Shown piece by piece: positions 29,033 to 37,936 of a stretch of DNA of 64,000 bases. The notes below the pieces were generated by a model. That model was not told the DNA's origin. It saw nothing but the letters and a program-made list of their open reading frames with translations, and did not search any database. Every line of letters begins with the position of its first letter. The stretch's first letter is position 1. A program made the position numbers and the translations under genes. The stretch is from a bacterium (GTDB lineage: Bacteria > UBP15 > UBA6099). Location of the stretch: positions 32,227-96,226 of the forward strand of contig JAKQPS010000113.1 in NCBI GenBank assembly GCA_029564595.1, read 5' to 3'.

Positions 29033-29850
29033 GCATGGCCGCTAAACATTTCGAGAACAAGACCGCTCTCATAACCGGGGGCAGCCGGGGGATAGGGCTT
29101 GCGGTGGCGCGCGAACTGTCGCGCAGAGGCGCCCGCTGCGCCATCGCCGCGCGCGGAGCCGAACGGCTCGAACGCGCCCGCGCCTCTCTCGCCTCAGACG
29201 GTTTCGACGTCCTCACTATTCAAGCAGACGTCGCGGACGCTGCGTCTTGCGCCGACATGGTCTCTCGCGCAGTCGCGGAGTTCGGGCGTCTGGACATCCT
29301 TGTAAACAACGCGGGCGTATCTATGCGCGCCAACCTCGAAGACCTCGACGCCGAAGCCTGCCGCTCGATGGTGGACATCAATCTGATGGGGTGCATATAT
29401 CCGACGCTCAGCGCGCTCGATCAACTGAAGAACAACAAAGGCAGTGTCGTCTTCACGTCCAGCATAGCGGGTCTGATAGGGCTGCCGACGGCGACGATAT
29501 ATTGCGCGACCAAGCACGCGCTTCGCGGATTCGCGGACGCGTTGAGGTGCGAGATCGGGCCGGACGGCGCGCATGTCGGCGTCGTCTATGTCGGGTTCAC
29601 TGAAAACGACCCTGAGAAGAAAGTGGTCAGCGCGGACGGAGGAGCCGTCCCGCCCGGCCCGGCGCACATGACACAGGAGCAAGTGGCGCGCGAGTTCGCC
29701 GAGCTAATCCGCCACCGGCGCTCCCGCGCCGTGCTTTCGCCAATCGGCAAATTGGCCGAGCTTGCCGGAAGGCTGTCTCCGGACATCGTCGGCGAAGCCA
29801 TCGTCTTCAGCCGCAAAACCAAACTCAACGAGCGCCTCGGCATATCCTGA
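29029..29850 (+). CDS. Classical short-chain dehydrogenase/reductase
   Basis: TGGSRGIG, LVNNAG, SS, YCATK; ATGA overlap with upstream gene. Confidence 0.93.
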   Translation: MSMAAKHFENKTALITGGSRGIGLAVARELSRRGARCAIAARGAERLERARASLASDGFDVLTIQADVADAASCADMVSRAVAEFGRLDILVNNAGVSMRANLEDLDAEACRSMVDINLMGCIYPTLSALDQLKNNKGSVVFTSSIAGLIGLPTATIYCATKHALRGFADALRCEIGPDGAHVGVVYVGFTENDPEKKVVSADGGAVPPGPAHMTQEQVAREFAELIRHRRSRAVLSPIGKLAELAGRLSPDIVGEAIVFSRKTKLNERLGIS

Positions 29851-29949
29851 GATTTATGTTGCGCTGAAGCAATAATGCGCCGCTCATGGGCGCGGCTGAT
29901 GTTAGCAGGTAAAACGGTTGCCGCTTTCGCGGGAATGACGGCAATAAAT

Positions 29950-30138
29950 AAACCCGAATCCGTCATTAGGATTCGGGAGCGATTGTTTAGAGCGGATGAA
30001 ATGCTAGGCGCAAGGCGCATTTTTGCAGTGAATAGAACTTATTGTTCATGAACAAAAAAATGTGGCGGCAACGAAGCAGTTCGCCGCTATGAAAATCGCC
30101 CCGGTTCGTCGGCTCTATCGACGAATCCGGGATAAATG
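29950..30138 (-). mobile_element. MITE-like dispersed repeat, copy 1 (no REP insert)
   Basis: Reverse complement aligns with 38986-39217 and 53697-53926; terminal hairpins at both ends. Confidence 0.8.
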
Positions 30139-30216
30139 TTGCTTTTTTCTCTCTTGGCAGTATTCGGTTTAACGCGCAGTTTGAAATAATCCAGCGAAAT
30201 CAATGCCGTTTCATTA

Positions 30217-31125
30217 TTAACGTTCATCGAAACGGATTATCGTTTCCATCCCGTTGTGATCGCTAATCAGTCGTCCCGAAACCAACTCGTCGAACACCCA
30301 CCGCGCTGATTCTATGGTTATTTTCCAGTCCGACCCGTTCTCGTCGTAGAAAAGATGGTCCACATGGTCGAGATGAGCGCTGGCCATTTTTAGTTTTGAA
30401 TTCTGAAGGAGCCAATCGCAATCCTCTTCACCGGGATTGCAGTTGAAATCGCCGTGGATGATAACCGGCCGCCGCGTACCGCCTGAAAACCTCTCGACCG
30501 CCGCCATCATCTGCTTATAGTTCTCGATTCTCGGCTTGGGACCGAATCCCGCCTGCGCGTGCAGCGTGTAAATGTCTATCTCCAGCCCGCCGGGCAGAAC
30601 CGTGGTCGCGCCGAGAAATCCTTTATGGCTGAAAGCGTCAACTCCGAACTGCTCTTTCCATCTCTCGAAAACCGACCTCTGTATTTCGCCTTTTGAGAAA
30701 ATGTACAATCCGCTTCCTGTCGGGGACGTCGGCGAGCCTGTCCCCATGGCCACGAAATGGTTTTTCAGCCTGCGCGGAAAAACCTCTCTCTCCGGAATGA
30801 ACGCTTCCTGCAGCCCTATGACATCATAGTCTTTGATGAGCTTGGCGATGAGCGTGGCCCTTTTTTCCGTCGGAACCAGCAGGTTGCGGTCAAATGTTAT
30901 GAAATCCGGGAGCATACAGACGTTGTACGTCAGGAATTTCAAAGTGTGAGATTTCTTCGGCGACTGTTCCGCTGTTTCAGACGCCGACGCCGTCAACGGA
31001 ACCAAAACCGCCATTGCCGTAAAAACAGCGGAAACAATCAAAGCGATGCCATGTCTTTTCAGATTGGAGTTCAAGAGTCGGCAACCATCCTTTTCAACCA
31101 TGCGCTTCGGCGATGGCGATTTCAT
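30217..31125 (-). CDS. Secreted endonuclease/exonuclease/phosphatase (sphingomyelinase-like)
   Basis: Signal-like hydrophobic stretch; LTYNV, GLQEAF, GDFN, VDH and SDH motifs. Confidence 0.88.
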   Translation of the reverse strand: MKSPSPKRMVEKDGCRLLNSNLKRHGIALIVSAVFTAMAVLVPLTASASETAEQSPKKSHTLKFLTYNVCMLPDFITFDRNLLVPTEKRATLIAKLIKDYDVIGLQEAFIPEREVFPRRLKNHFVAMGTGSPTSPTGSGLYIFSKGEIQRSVFERWKEQFGVDAFSHKGFLGATTVLPGGLEIDIYTLHAQAGFGPKPRIENYKQMMAAVERFSGGTRRPVIIHGDFNCNPGEEDCDWLLQNSKLKMASAHLDHVDHLFYDENGSDWKITIESARWVFDELVSGRLISDHNGMETIIRFDER

Positions 31126-31137
31126 TGTTAAGAGCGA

Positions 31138-32334
31138 TTATTTGAAAACTTTTACAATAATGCCCAAGGCCTCTTCTATCTGGTCTTTCGTAATTATAAG
31201 AGGCGGAGCGAATCTGATGATGTCGGGCCGGGCGTCTTTGGCCAGCAGCCCGGCGTCGAGCAACTCAAGCGATTTGTCATGAGCGACAGGTTTTTCAAGA
31301 ACCACGCCGACAAGCAGTCCTTTGCCACGAACCAGAGAAACGCCGGGAAGCTTAAGCTCCCGAAGGCGGGACATGAAAAATTCTCCCATAATCGCGGAGT
31401 TCTCGACCATTTTTTCATCCCGCAGCGCGTCCATCGCGGCTATCGCAACAGCGGCGGCGAGAGGGTTGCCGCCGAACGTGCTTCCATGCGTGCCATGAGT
31501 GAAAACGCTCATCACGTTCTCGTTCGCGCAGACTGCGGACACCGGAAGAACGCCTCCGCCCAGAGCTTTTCCGAGCGTGACTATGTCGGGCCGGATTCCG
31601 TAATGCTCGAAGCAGAACATTTTTCCCGTGCGCCCGAGCCCGGTCTGAATCTCGTCTAGGCACAAAAGAACGTTGCGCCTGTCGCAAATCTCCCGTACGC
31701 GGGCCAGATAGTCGTCTGGAGGGACCACCACCCCGCCCTCTCCCTGTATCGGCTCAAGCAGAACGCCCGCCGTGTCCTCGGTAATAGCGGCCTCAAGAGC
31801 GGCGGCGTCCCCGAACGGGACGATGTCGATTCCGGGAAGAAGCGGGCCGAAGCTTTTCTTAGTCGTATCGCTGGTGGACATGCTGATGGCGGCTATGGTG
31901 CGGCCGTGAAAGTTGTTGGCGGCGGCGATAATTCCAGCGCGGCCGTCGGGGACGCCCTTGATTTCGTGCGCCCATTTGCGCATCGCCTTAAGCGCCGTCT
32001 CGACCGCTTCCGCCCCAGTGTTCATGGGCAACGCCTTCTCGAACCCCGTCAGCGCGCACAATTTTTCGAGGAACGGCCCAAGCATGTCATTGTGAAACGC
32101 CCTAGATGTGAGGGTCGCCCGCCCGGCCTGCTCTATCAGCGCCTTAACTATTTTAGGATGCCTGTGCCCGTGGCTCATCGCAGAGTACGCGCTCAGCATG
32201 TCCATATACCTGCGCCCCTCCGGATCCCACACGTATACGCCTTCGCCTTTCGATATGCACACCGGGAGTGGCTCATAGTTTCGCGCGCACCACTTATCCG
32301 CAAGCTTCATCAGTCTTTCGCTTTCGCTGCCCAT
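31138..32334 (-). CDS. rocD: Ornithine--oxo-acid aminotransferase
   Basis: DMLSAYSA..GHRHP, TLTSRAF, MNTGAEAVETA, NFHGRT, DEIQTGLGRTG, GKALGGG, HGSTFGGNPL. Confidence 0.95.
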   Translation of the reverse strand: MGSESERLMKLADKWCARNYEPLPVCISKGEGVYVWDPEGRRYMDMLSAYSAMSHGHRHPKIVKALIEQAGRATLTSRAFHNDMLGPFLEKLCALTGFEKALPMNTGAEAVETALKAMRKWAHEIKGVPDGRAGIIAAANNFHGRTIAAISMSTSDTTKKSFGPLLPGIDIVPFGDAAALEAAITEDTAGVLLEPIQGEGGVVVPPDDYLARVREICDRRNVLLCLDEIQTGLGRTGKMFCFEHYGIRPDIVTLGKALGGGVLPVSAVCANENVMSVFTHGTHGSTFGGNPLAAAVAIAAMDALRDEKMVENSAIMGEFFMSRLRELKLPGVSLVRGKGLLVGVVLEKPVAHDKSLELLDAGLLAKDARPDIIRFAPPLIITKDQIEEALGIIVKVFK

Positions 32335-32463
32335 GCAAAGTTGATCCCATCTTAAAATATTAGGCCGCGCAGACCTTCGCGCGACCCCGAATAATATACA
32401 TCATTGATGGTTTTTTTTCATCAATTCCGCGTTCCGCGGCGTTCACGGTCTATAATTTCGATT

Positions 32464-33816
32464 ATGAGCGAACCGAAAGTGATATTGAGGCGCTGCGAGA
32501 CCGCCGACCCGGCGAGAATCAGAGCCATCATAGCGGAGTGTTTTGAGGAACTGCAGTTTCACCCGCGCGGGCGAACTCTCATAAAACCCAACGTCGTCAC
32601 CGCAAACAGGCAATACATACATCACTCGCACACTCACCCGGCAGTGACGGAAGCTCTAGCTCATCACCTGAAAACCCGACCCGAAGTATCGCAGATTACC
32701 ATCGGCGAATCCTCCGGCTTCGGCATACCTCCCGGACTTTTCATGCATGAGGCCGGTTACGACGCCCTCGCTCGTCGGCTCAAAGTGCGACTTGTCGATT
32801 TTAACGAGGACCGCGCGACTTGGGTGGACTTGAAGAAAGCCGTCGCTCAGAAAGGGTTCCACGTCCCCCGCTCCATCCTCGAAGCCGACACGAAAATCTG
32901 GGTCCCGAAACTGAAGTATCATATCTGTTGCGAAGTGACGAACGCGCTGAAGCTCAACATAGGAATCCTACAGCACCGGGACCGGATGGCCGTCCACGAC
33001 AACCGGCTCAACGACAAGATAGTGGATATGCTGGAAATCGGATATCCTGACTGCGTCGTCACGGACGCGATACACATCGGGCACGGGTTTGAGAGCGCGC
33101 CTCAGGGATTCCATCTCGGCCTGCTGCTGGTGTCGAACAATCCGCTAGCCGCAGACGCGGTCGCCGGCGCGGCCCTCGGTTACAAACCCGAAGAAATCGT
33201 TCATCTGCGCATCGCGCGCGACAGAGGCTACGGCTCAATTGACCTCGACGACATCAGTATTTCAGGGGACTATCCGCTGGATGAAATCATATCCAAGACA
33301 AAGGGGCTGACAAGCGAATATCAGGACATACTAGCGGTGGACACGCCGATAAAGTTTTATTGCGGAGACGCGCCGGAACACGAGCCGGAGAACGCTCCCT
33401 CGCCGAACTGTTCGCCGTCCGTGCGCAGGGAGTCCGACAGCGAGAACTTCTGTTACGGGGGCTGCCTCGCGGCGGTCAAAGGATGCCTCGGCACGATAGA
33501 CAAACGCCGCCCCGGCTCCGTCGCGCGCGCCCGCCCCGGCGCTGTCGTCACCGGCATCTACAAAGGCGATGTCATACATCCCGGCCAGACGGCTTTTCTC
33601 ATCGGCGACTGCTCCCGCGTTGACGGCAGGCTCGAAGCGAAACGCGTCATCAGGCTCGCCGGATGCCCCATAGGAGCCTCCAAGCTGCTGATAAAAATGC
33701 CGAGCGTCTTCAAGATGCCTTCCCCCATGAGCGACGCGCGCTCAGCCGCCCAGTTCATCTACTTCACCCTCCGCCACGCCCTAAGAAAACTCGCCCTCAA
33801 AATCATCCCCGGCTAA
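32464..33816 (+). CDS. DUF362 family Fe-S-associated protein
   Basis: LIKPNVV, THP, IGESSG, PKLKYH...TNALK, LAADAV; C-terminal C.GGC, GDC and GCP Cys motifs. Confidence 0.85.
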   Translation: MSEPKVILRRCETADPARIRAIIAECFEELQFHPRGRTLIKPNVVTANRQYIHHSHTHPAVTEALAHHLKTRPEVSQITIGESSGFGIPPGLFMHEAGYDALARRLKVRLVDFNEDRATWVDLKKAVAQKGFHVPRSILEADTKIWVPKLKYHICCEVTNALKLNIGILQHRDRMAVHDNRLNDKIVDMLEIGYPDCVVTDAIHIGHGFESAPQGFHLGLLLVSNNPLAADAVAGAALGYKPEEIVHLRIARDRGYGSIDLDDISISGDYPLDEIISKTKGLTSEYQDILAVDTPIKFYCGDAPEHEPENAPSPNCSPSVRRESDSENFCYGGCLAAVKGCLGTIDKRRPGSVARARPGAVVTGIYKGDVIHPGQTAFLIGDCSRVDGRLEAKRVIRLAGCPIGASKLLIKMPSVFKMPSPMSDARSAAQFIYFTLRHALRKLALKIIPG

Positions 33817-34035
33817 CAGCGCCGGTATCCGCGATTCGATTGTTCGAACCTGACTCGAACGCAAAACAAGCCCTATCAGGCAAGCATGTAAATGCAAAGT
33901 ATGTTATAACTCATCAGGCCATCGGCAAGCCCAATTCTCAACCGCAAAAACAATCTGAATTCCTGTTTCTCATATATAGTTCCCAAATGGTATGATCAAT
34001 CAACATGATATAGTAAAATATGAAATGAGAAACAA

Positions 34036-34491
34036 TTGATTATGAAAGATGACTTTGACATAAGTTTTCATATTCTTACTCAAATATCTGACGATTTTCA
34101 ACTTGAATATGAATTGTATTTTTGGCATTTGCAATATATTCACCTCAAAAAACATATTGGTTGCAAAGAACAGTATTTTGAATGCCGTTGCGGTTACGAT
34201 TCTTTGAAAGATCTTCTAAATGAGCTTTTCGACGATATGAATACTGATTTCAACACTTTCTTGTCATCACAAAAAGAAGTTCGCATTCTCGACGGTTTGT
34301 CAGAAGTTTTTGAAGACGCGCTCTCAGCATATGATTGGATGCAACTATTATACAAAGATGGGAAATGGAGAATTTCAAGTTTTTATAACATTGAAAAATA
34401 CAATAATAGTCAGATGAAAAATATGTCTACTAACTGGGATTTATCATTAAAAACCCTCTTGAGCAATTTGCCTTCTTTCGATGACATATGA
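34036..34491 (+). CDS. AT-rich hypothetical protein
   Basis: 151-aa acidic ORF in an AT-rich patch; no recognised motif. Confidence 0.55.
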   Translation: MIMKDDFDISFHILTQISDDFQLEYELYFWHLQYIHLKKHIGCKEQYFECRCGYDSLKDLLNELFDDMNTDFNTFLSSQKEVRILDGLSEVFEDALSAYDWMQLLYKDGKWRISSFYNIEKYNNSQMKNMSTNWDLSLKTLLSNLPSFDDI

Positions 34492-34679
34492 CCTTTCCTC
34501 ACAAAAGATTAAATCATTATTCAAACCACTCTAACCTCAACCGATATATTTGTTGTTTTGTCCGTTTCTGTGTTTTCATTTCTGCAACTATAAGATTCAT
34601 CATTGTGCGCGGTGATCGTTCTGGTTTTTGCGGGCTATGAAATTTGATTTTGGAAACAGTAATATAATGATGATTTCTA

Positions 34680-35048
34680 TTATAGCGTCATATTATCGCT
34701 TCGTCGTTGCAAATGGTCTGTAAGTTTTTTCAGAATATTCTCCAAGCGTTCATCGCTTATTCTTCCTAAGACGCCCTCAAGAAGGGCGGCTTCGACTGTC
34801 GCTAGTTTTCCTATGCGTATCAAGGACGCAATTTTCAAACCCGACGAATTAAAATCTGAATCATCCGTCGAAATCAATTCGTCCCAATCCTTGATGCTGT
34901 GTCGAAGTTGTGAGGTAACAGCGCATATCAGCCAGTCGTCGTATGGACCGGGCAAAGACGCCAGAACGACAATTGGATGGAATTTTCCTTTGTGAAGATC
35001 GGACTGAGGAAATCTTATGAGTGAAACTATGCCGGGACTTATGTTCAT
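34680..35048 (-). CDS. PemK/MazF family toxin
   Basis: GIVSLIRFPQSD...K.HPIVVL, ICAVTSQ, SGLKIASLIRIGKLATV. Confidence 0.85.
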   Translation of the reverse strand: MNISPGIVSLIRFPQSDLHKGKFHPIVVLASLPGPYDDWLICAVTSQLRHSIKDWDELISTDDSDFNSSGLKIASLIRIGKLATVEAALLEGVLGRISDERLENILKKLTDHLQRRSDNMTL

Positions 35049-35269
35049 TTTCTTTCTTTCAGGTCATCAATAGCGTATTCAACTTCCTCGGGATTGCGCC
35101 AGAAATCAAAAGCTCCGGATTCGAGAGCAAGAATTCCCCACTTCGTTTCTCCCGCTGTTCCGGGCGCGGCGCTTTCTTTTTCAAGAGAAATGATGAACTT
35201 AAGAACAGCGCCGAGCCTTTCTTCCGTCATCCTTTCAATTTCGCTGATGACTCTATCCTTTATTCTCAC
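35045..35269 (-). CDS. Putative cognate antitoxin
   Basis: 74-aa ORF overlapping the toxin start (ATGA); acidic C-terminus FDFWRNPEEVEY. Confidence 0.75.
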   Translation of the reverse strand: MRIKDRVISEIERMTEERLGAVLKFIISLEKESAAPGTAGETKWGILALESGAFDFWRNPEEVEYAIDDLKERK

Positions 35270-35449
35270 AATTTATCACCTCATAATGGCATTATACAAC
35301 GCAAGTCCCGATGAAGCAAAAGCATTACATTTTCTGCAGAGATATCATCCTTCCGCTCCCTATGCTTAGACATAATCGATTTGTTATTGTCTTTGGTGAG
35401 AGGCTGAGGCAATCGGCGAAGCAGACGCGCGCGGAGGGACGACTAACAG

Positions 35450-35484
35450 AAAAGCTTCGCGACTGTTCGGTCGCGAAGCTTTTT
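35450..35484 (-). terminator. Intrinsic terminator after degP (probably bidirectional)
   Basis: AAAAGCTTCGCGAC-tgttcg-GTCGCGAAGCTTTT. Confidence 0.8.
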
Positions 35485-35532
35485 GATAGATTGCGCTATG
35501 TCAATGTTTGCGTTTTGCCGGGCGATGCTCGG

Positions 35533-37083
35533 TTATTTCGGCATCTCGACGACGATGAATCTGTTGTAGCCTCTTCGTTCGATTACGAGAAGAATTTCAA
35601 CTGGCTCGTCGCCTTTGCGGCCCTTCGAAACGTCTTTGATAATCTCGCGCAGGTCGGAGGGCGTTTCGACTTCTTTTCTGTCGGCTTTGATGATAATGTC
35701 GCCCTGCATGATGCCGGCTTTGTCCGCCGGGCCGTTCGGCTCGACCCCCGCCACGACGACGCCTTTTTCCGTTTTCGCTTCAAGCTGCTTTGCCGTCTTC
35801 GCATCCAGCGACTGCAACTGCATTCCGAGCGAAGTCTTTGCGTCGTCTTTTTTAGGTTGCGAGGCGTCGGCGGTCTCGTCGGGCCGTTCGTCGAGTTTTA
35901 CGTTCAGTTTCACTTTTTTGCCGTCGCGCATGACGGTCACTGTCGCCTTTGCGCCTTTGCCGAGTTTCGCCACTTCTTTCTGTAGCTGTTTGACATTCTT
36001 GATGTCGATGTCGTTCAGCTTGATTATTACGTCTTCGACCTTCATGCCTGCTTTGTCAGCGGGAGCGTCGGGGATTATGTTTGTGACGATGGCGCCGTCT
36101 TTTGATTCAATCTTCAACGCGCGAGCCAACTGTTCGGTAATGTCGTCAATGTAGATGCCGAGATATCCGCGAGAAACCGTTCCTGTCTCAATAAGCTGCT
36201 CGAACACTTCGCGGGCCATGTTGATTGGGATGGCGAAGCCGATGCCGATATTGCCCGAACCGCCGCCCATAATCCCGCCGCCGTTGGAGTAGATGGCGGT
36301 GTTGACGCCGATGACCTCGCCCCGGATGTTCACGAGCGGTCCGCCGCTGTTGCCGGGATTTATGGCGGCGTCGGTCTGTAGAAAATCGTCGTAAGGCCCC
36401 TGCCCTATGACGCGCCCGCGCGCGCTGATTATCCCGGCGGTCACCGTGCTTTCCAGCCCGAACGGGTTGCCGAACGCTATGGCCCACTCGCCGATTCTAA
36501 CCTTGTCGCTGTCGCCTATCGGCGCGGCGGCAAGCTGCCTGTCCGCCTTTATCCTTATAACCGCAATGTCCGTCAACTGGTCGGCTCCGACCAGTTCTGC
36601 GTCATATTCTTTTTCGTCGCCGGGAATTTTAACTATGATTTCATCGACGTCTTTGACGACGTGGGCGTTGGTGAGGATATAGCCGTCCGACTTGATGATG
36701 AAGCCGGAACCGAGGCTGGTCTGTTTGAATTCCTGTTTCTGGTTCTGCTGCTGGCGTCTGCCGCCGAAAAACTTTTCCATCATGTCGTCGTCTTCGCCGA
36801 AGGGGTTTGAAAACCCGAAGAAAGGATGCGAGCGCATCTCGACGATTTTGGCCGTGTTGATGTTGACCATGCTCGGTTTAATAAGGTCTGCGACCCGAAC
36901 GAAATCGTTCTGGACGTCGAGAGCCGCCGCCGAGGGTTGCAAGGCTTTGCCGTCCACGCCGCCCTTTGACGCGTCCGCCGCGTTGGAAATCGGTATCAGG
37001 TCCAACCGCGCCGCAATCACAAGGCCGATCATAATCCCCATGATCAGCGTCGCCACCAATGCAATTCTCGTCTTCGTTTTCAT
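35533..37083 (-). CDS. degP: DegP/HtrA (Do) serine protease with two PDZ domains
   Basis: GSGFII, LTNAHVV, DIAVI, QTDAAINPGNSGGPL, RGYLGI; GGAGGAG RBS. Confidence 0.95.
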   Translation of the reverse strand: MKTKTRIALVATLIMGIMIGLVIAARLDLIPISNAADASKGGVDGKALQPSAAALDVQNDFVRVADLIKPSMVNINTAKIVEMRSHPFFGFSNPFGEDDDMMEKFFGGRRQQQNQKQEFKQTSLGSGFIIKSDGYILTNAHVVKDVDEIIVKIPGDEKEYDAELVGADQLTDIAVIRIKADRQLAAAPIGDSDKVRIGEWAIAFGNPFGLESTVTAGIISARGRVIGQGPYDDFLQTDAAINPGNSGGPLVNIRGEVIGVNTAIYSNGGGIMGGGSGNIGIGFAIPINMAREVFEQLIETGTVSRGYLGIYIDDITEQLARALKIESKDGAIVTNIIPDAPADKAGMKVEDVIIKLNDIDIKNVKQLQKEVAKLGKGAKATVTVMRDGKKVKLNVKLDERPDETADASQPKKDDAKTSLGMQLQSLDAKTAKQLEAKTEKGVVVAGVEPNGPADKAGIMQGDIIIKADRKEVETPSDLREIIKDVSKGRKGDEPVEILLVIERRGYNRFIVVEMPK

Positions 37084-37084
37084 G

Positions 37085-37468
37085 TCATTCTCCTCCGTTG
37101 CCACCGGATTCAAAGTCCGGTTCCACAATCTGCCTGACCGCGCTAATGAGCGGGTCGGTGTTCGAGCTTTTTTCCACCCAAGACGTGGCGTGGTGCGCCC
37201 TGAAATCCATCTTGAACAGCGGATAAGCCGTGTTCACAATCACCGGAGTGCCCCCGTTAAGCCTCGATATCTCCCCGATGACTTCAAGCCCGTCCTTTTC
37301 CGGCATCCCGATATCAAGAATAACAAGGTCGGGGCAATGAATCTTGGTCATTTGCAGAGCTTCCACGCCGTCCGCCGCCGTCACCACCGCATATCCCTCG
37401 CACTCGAATTCCATCTTGTACAGTTCCCTAATATCCCTGTTGTCGTCCGCAATCAAAAGTGTCGCCAT
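37085..37468 (-). CDS. Single-domain response regulator (receiver)
   Basis: LIADDN, PDLVILDIGMP (phospho-Asp), TAY, conserved K; no output domain. Confidence 0.9.
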   Translation of the reverse strand: MATLLIADDNRDIRELYKMEFECEGYAVVTAADGVEALQMTKIHCPDLVILDIGMPEKDGLEVIGEISRLNGGTPVIVNTAYPLFKMDFRAHHATSWVEKSSNTDPLISAVRQIVEPDFESGGNGGE

Positions 37469-37661
37469 TTCAATCATTTCCCTTAATCTGACAGCCGCGC
37501 GGGCAGAAAGTTTCGCGCGCCGCAATCTTTTTCAGACAAATTCCCCGAACCGTCTGAAGTGTGAACGCTGTGATAGATTATAAAATCAAATCAGAAAATG
37601 TAAAATGCATCGGTCTTGCGGGCGGAGCAAGAGAGCCGTAGGAATCTCCGGATATTTAGGT

Positions 37662-37690
37662 TTGACACCGCCTGCGCCCTGTGCTAGATT
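37662..37690 (+). promoter_or_regulatory. Sigma70 promoter for the aroF leader
   Basis: TTGACA (37662-37667), 17-nt spacer, TAGATT (37685-37690) with extended -10 TG. Confidence 0.75.
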
Positions 37691-37716
37691 GACTGCGAAA
37701 AGGATTGGAAGCTGAA

Positions 37717-37818
37717 ATGAGCGGAACAACAATGCAACCGGATAATAGGCGCGCATTTTGGAGCGGCTATTATTATTATTTCTGGGGTCACCCCACGGTT
37801 GCGCGGTTGAGCCGCTGA
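37717..37818 (+). CDS. Aromatic amino acid attenuator leader peptide MSGTTMQPDNRRAFWSGYYYYFWGHPTVARLSR
   Basis: Below the ORF-track size cutoff. Eight aromatic codons within ten (TTT TGG AGC GGC TAT TAT TAT TAT TTC TGG). Alternative ATG at 37732. Confidence 0.88.
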   Translation: MSGTTMQPDNRRAFWSGYYYYFWGHPTVARLSR

Positions 37819-37842
37819 GATTCAGCGCCCGACCGAAAACAC

Positions 37843-37876
37843 AACCGCGGGGCGGCATCAAACCCCGCGGTTTTTT
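37843..37876 (+). terminator. Attenuator terminator upstream of aroF
   Basis: AACCGCGGGG-cggcatcaaa-CCCCGCGGTT followed by a T tract; the 5' arm is also complementary to 37791-37801. Confidence 0.88.
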
Positions 37877-37936
37877 CGTTTGTAAAAAAAAACGCGGGGA
37901 GAACGACTCCGTCCCGGGCGCAAATGGAGGCGCGAA

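Noticed and set aside
37690..37880. T-box riboswitch before aroF
   Set aside because: No AAGGTGGTACC/AGGGTGGNACCGCG T-box motif and no stem I; the leader peptide model fits better.
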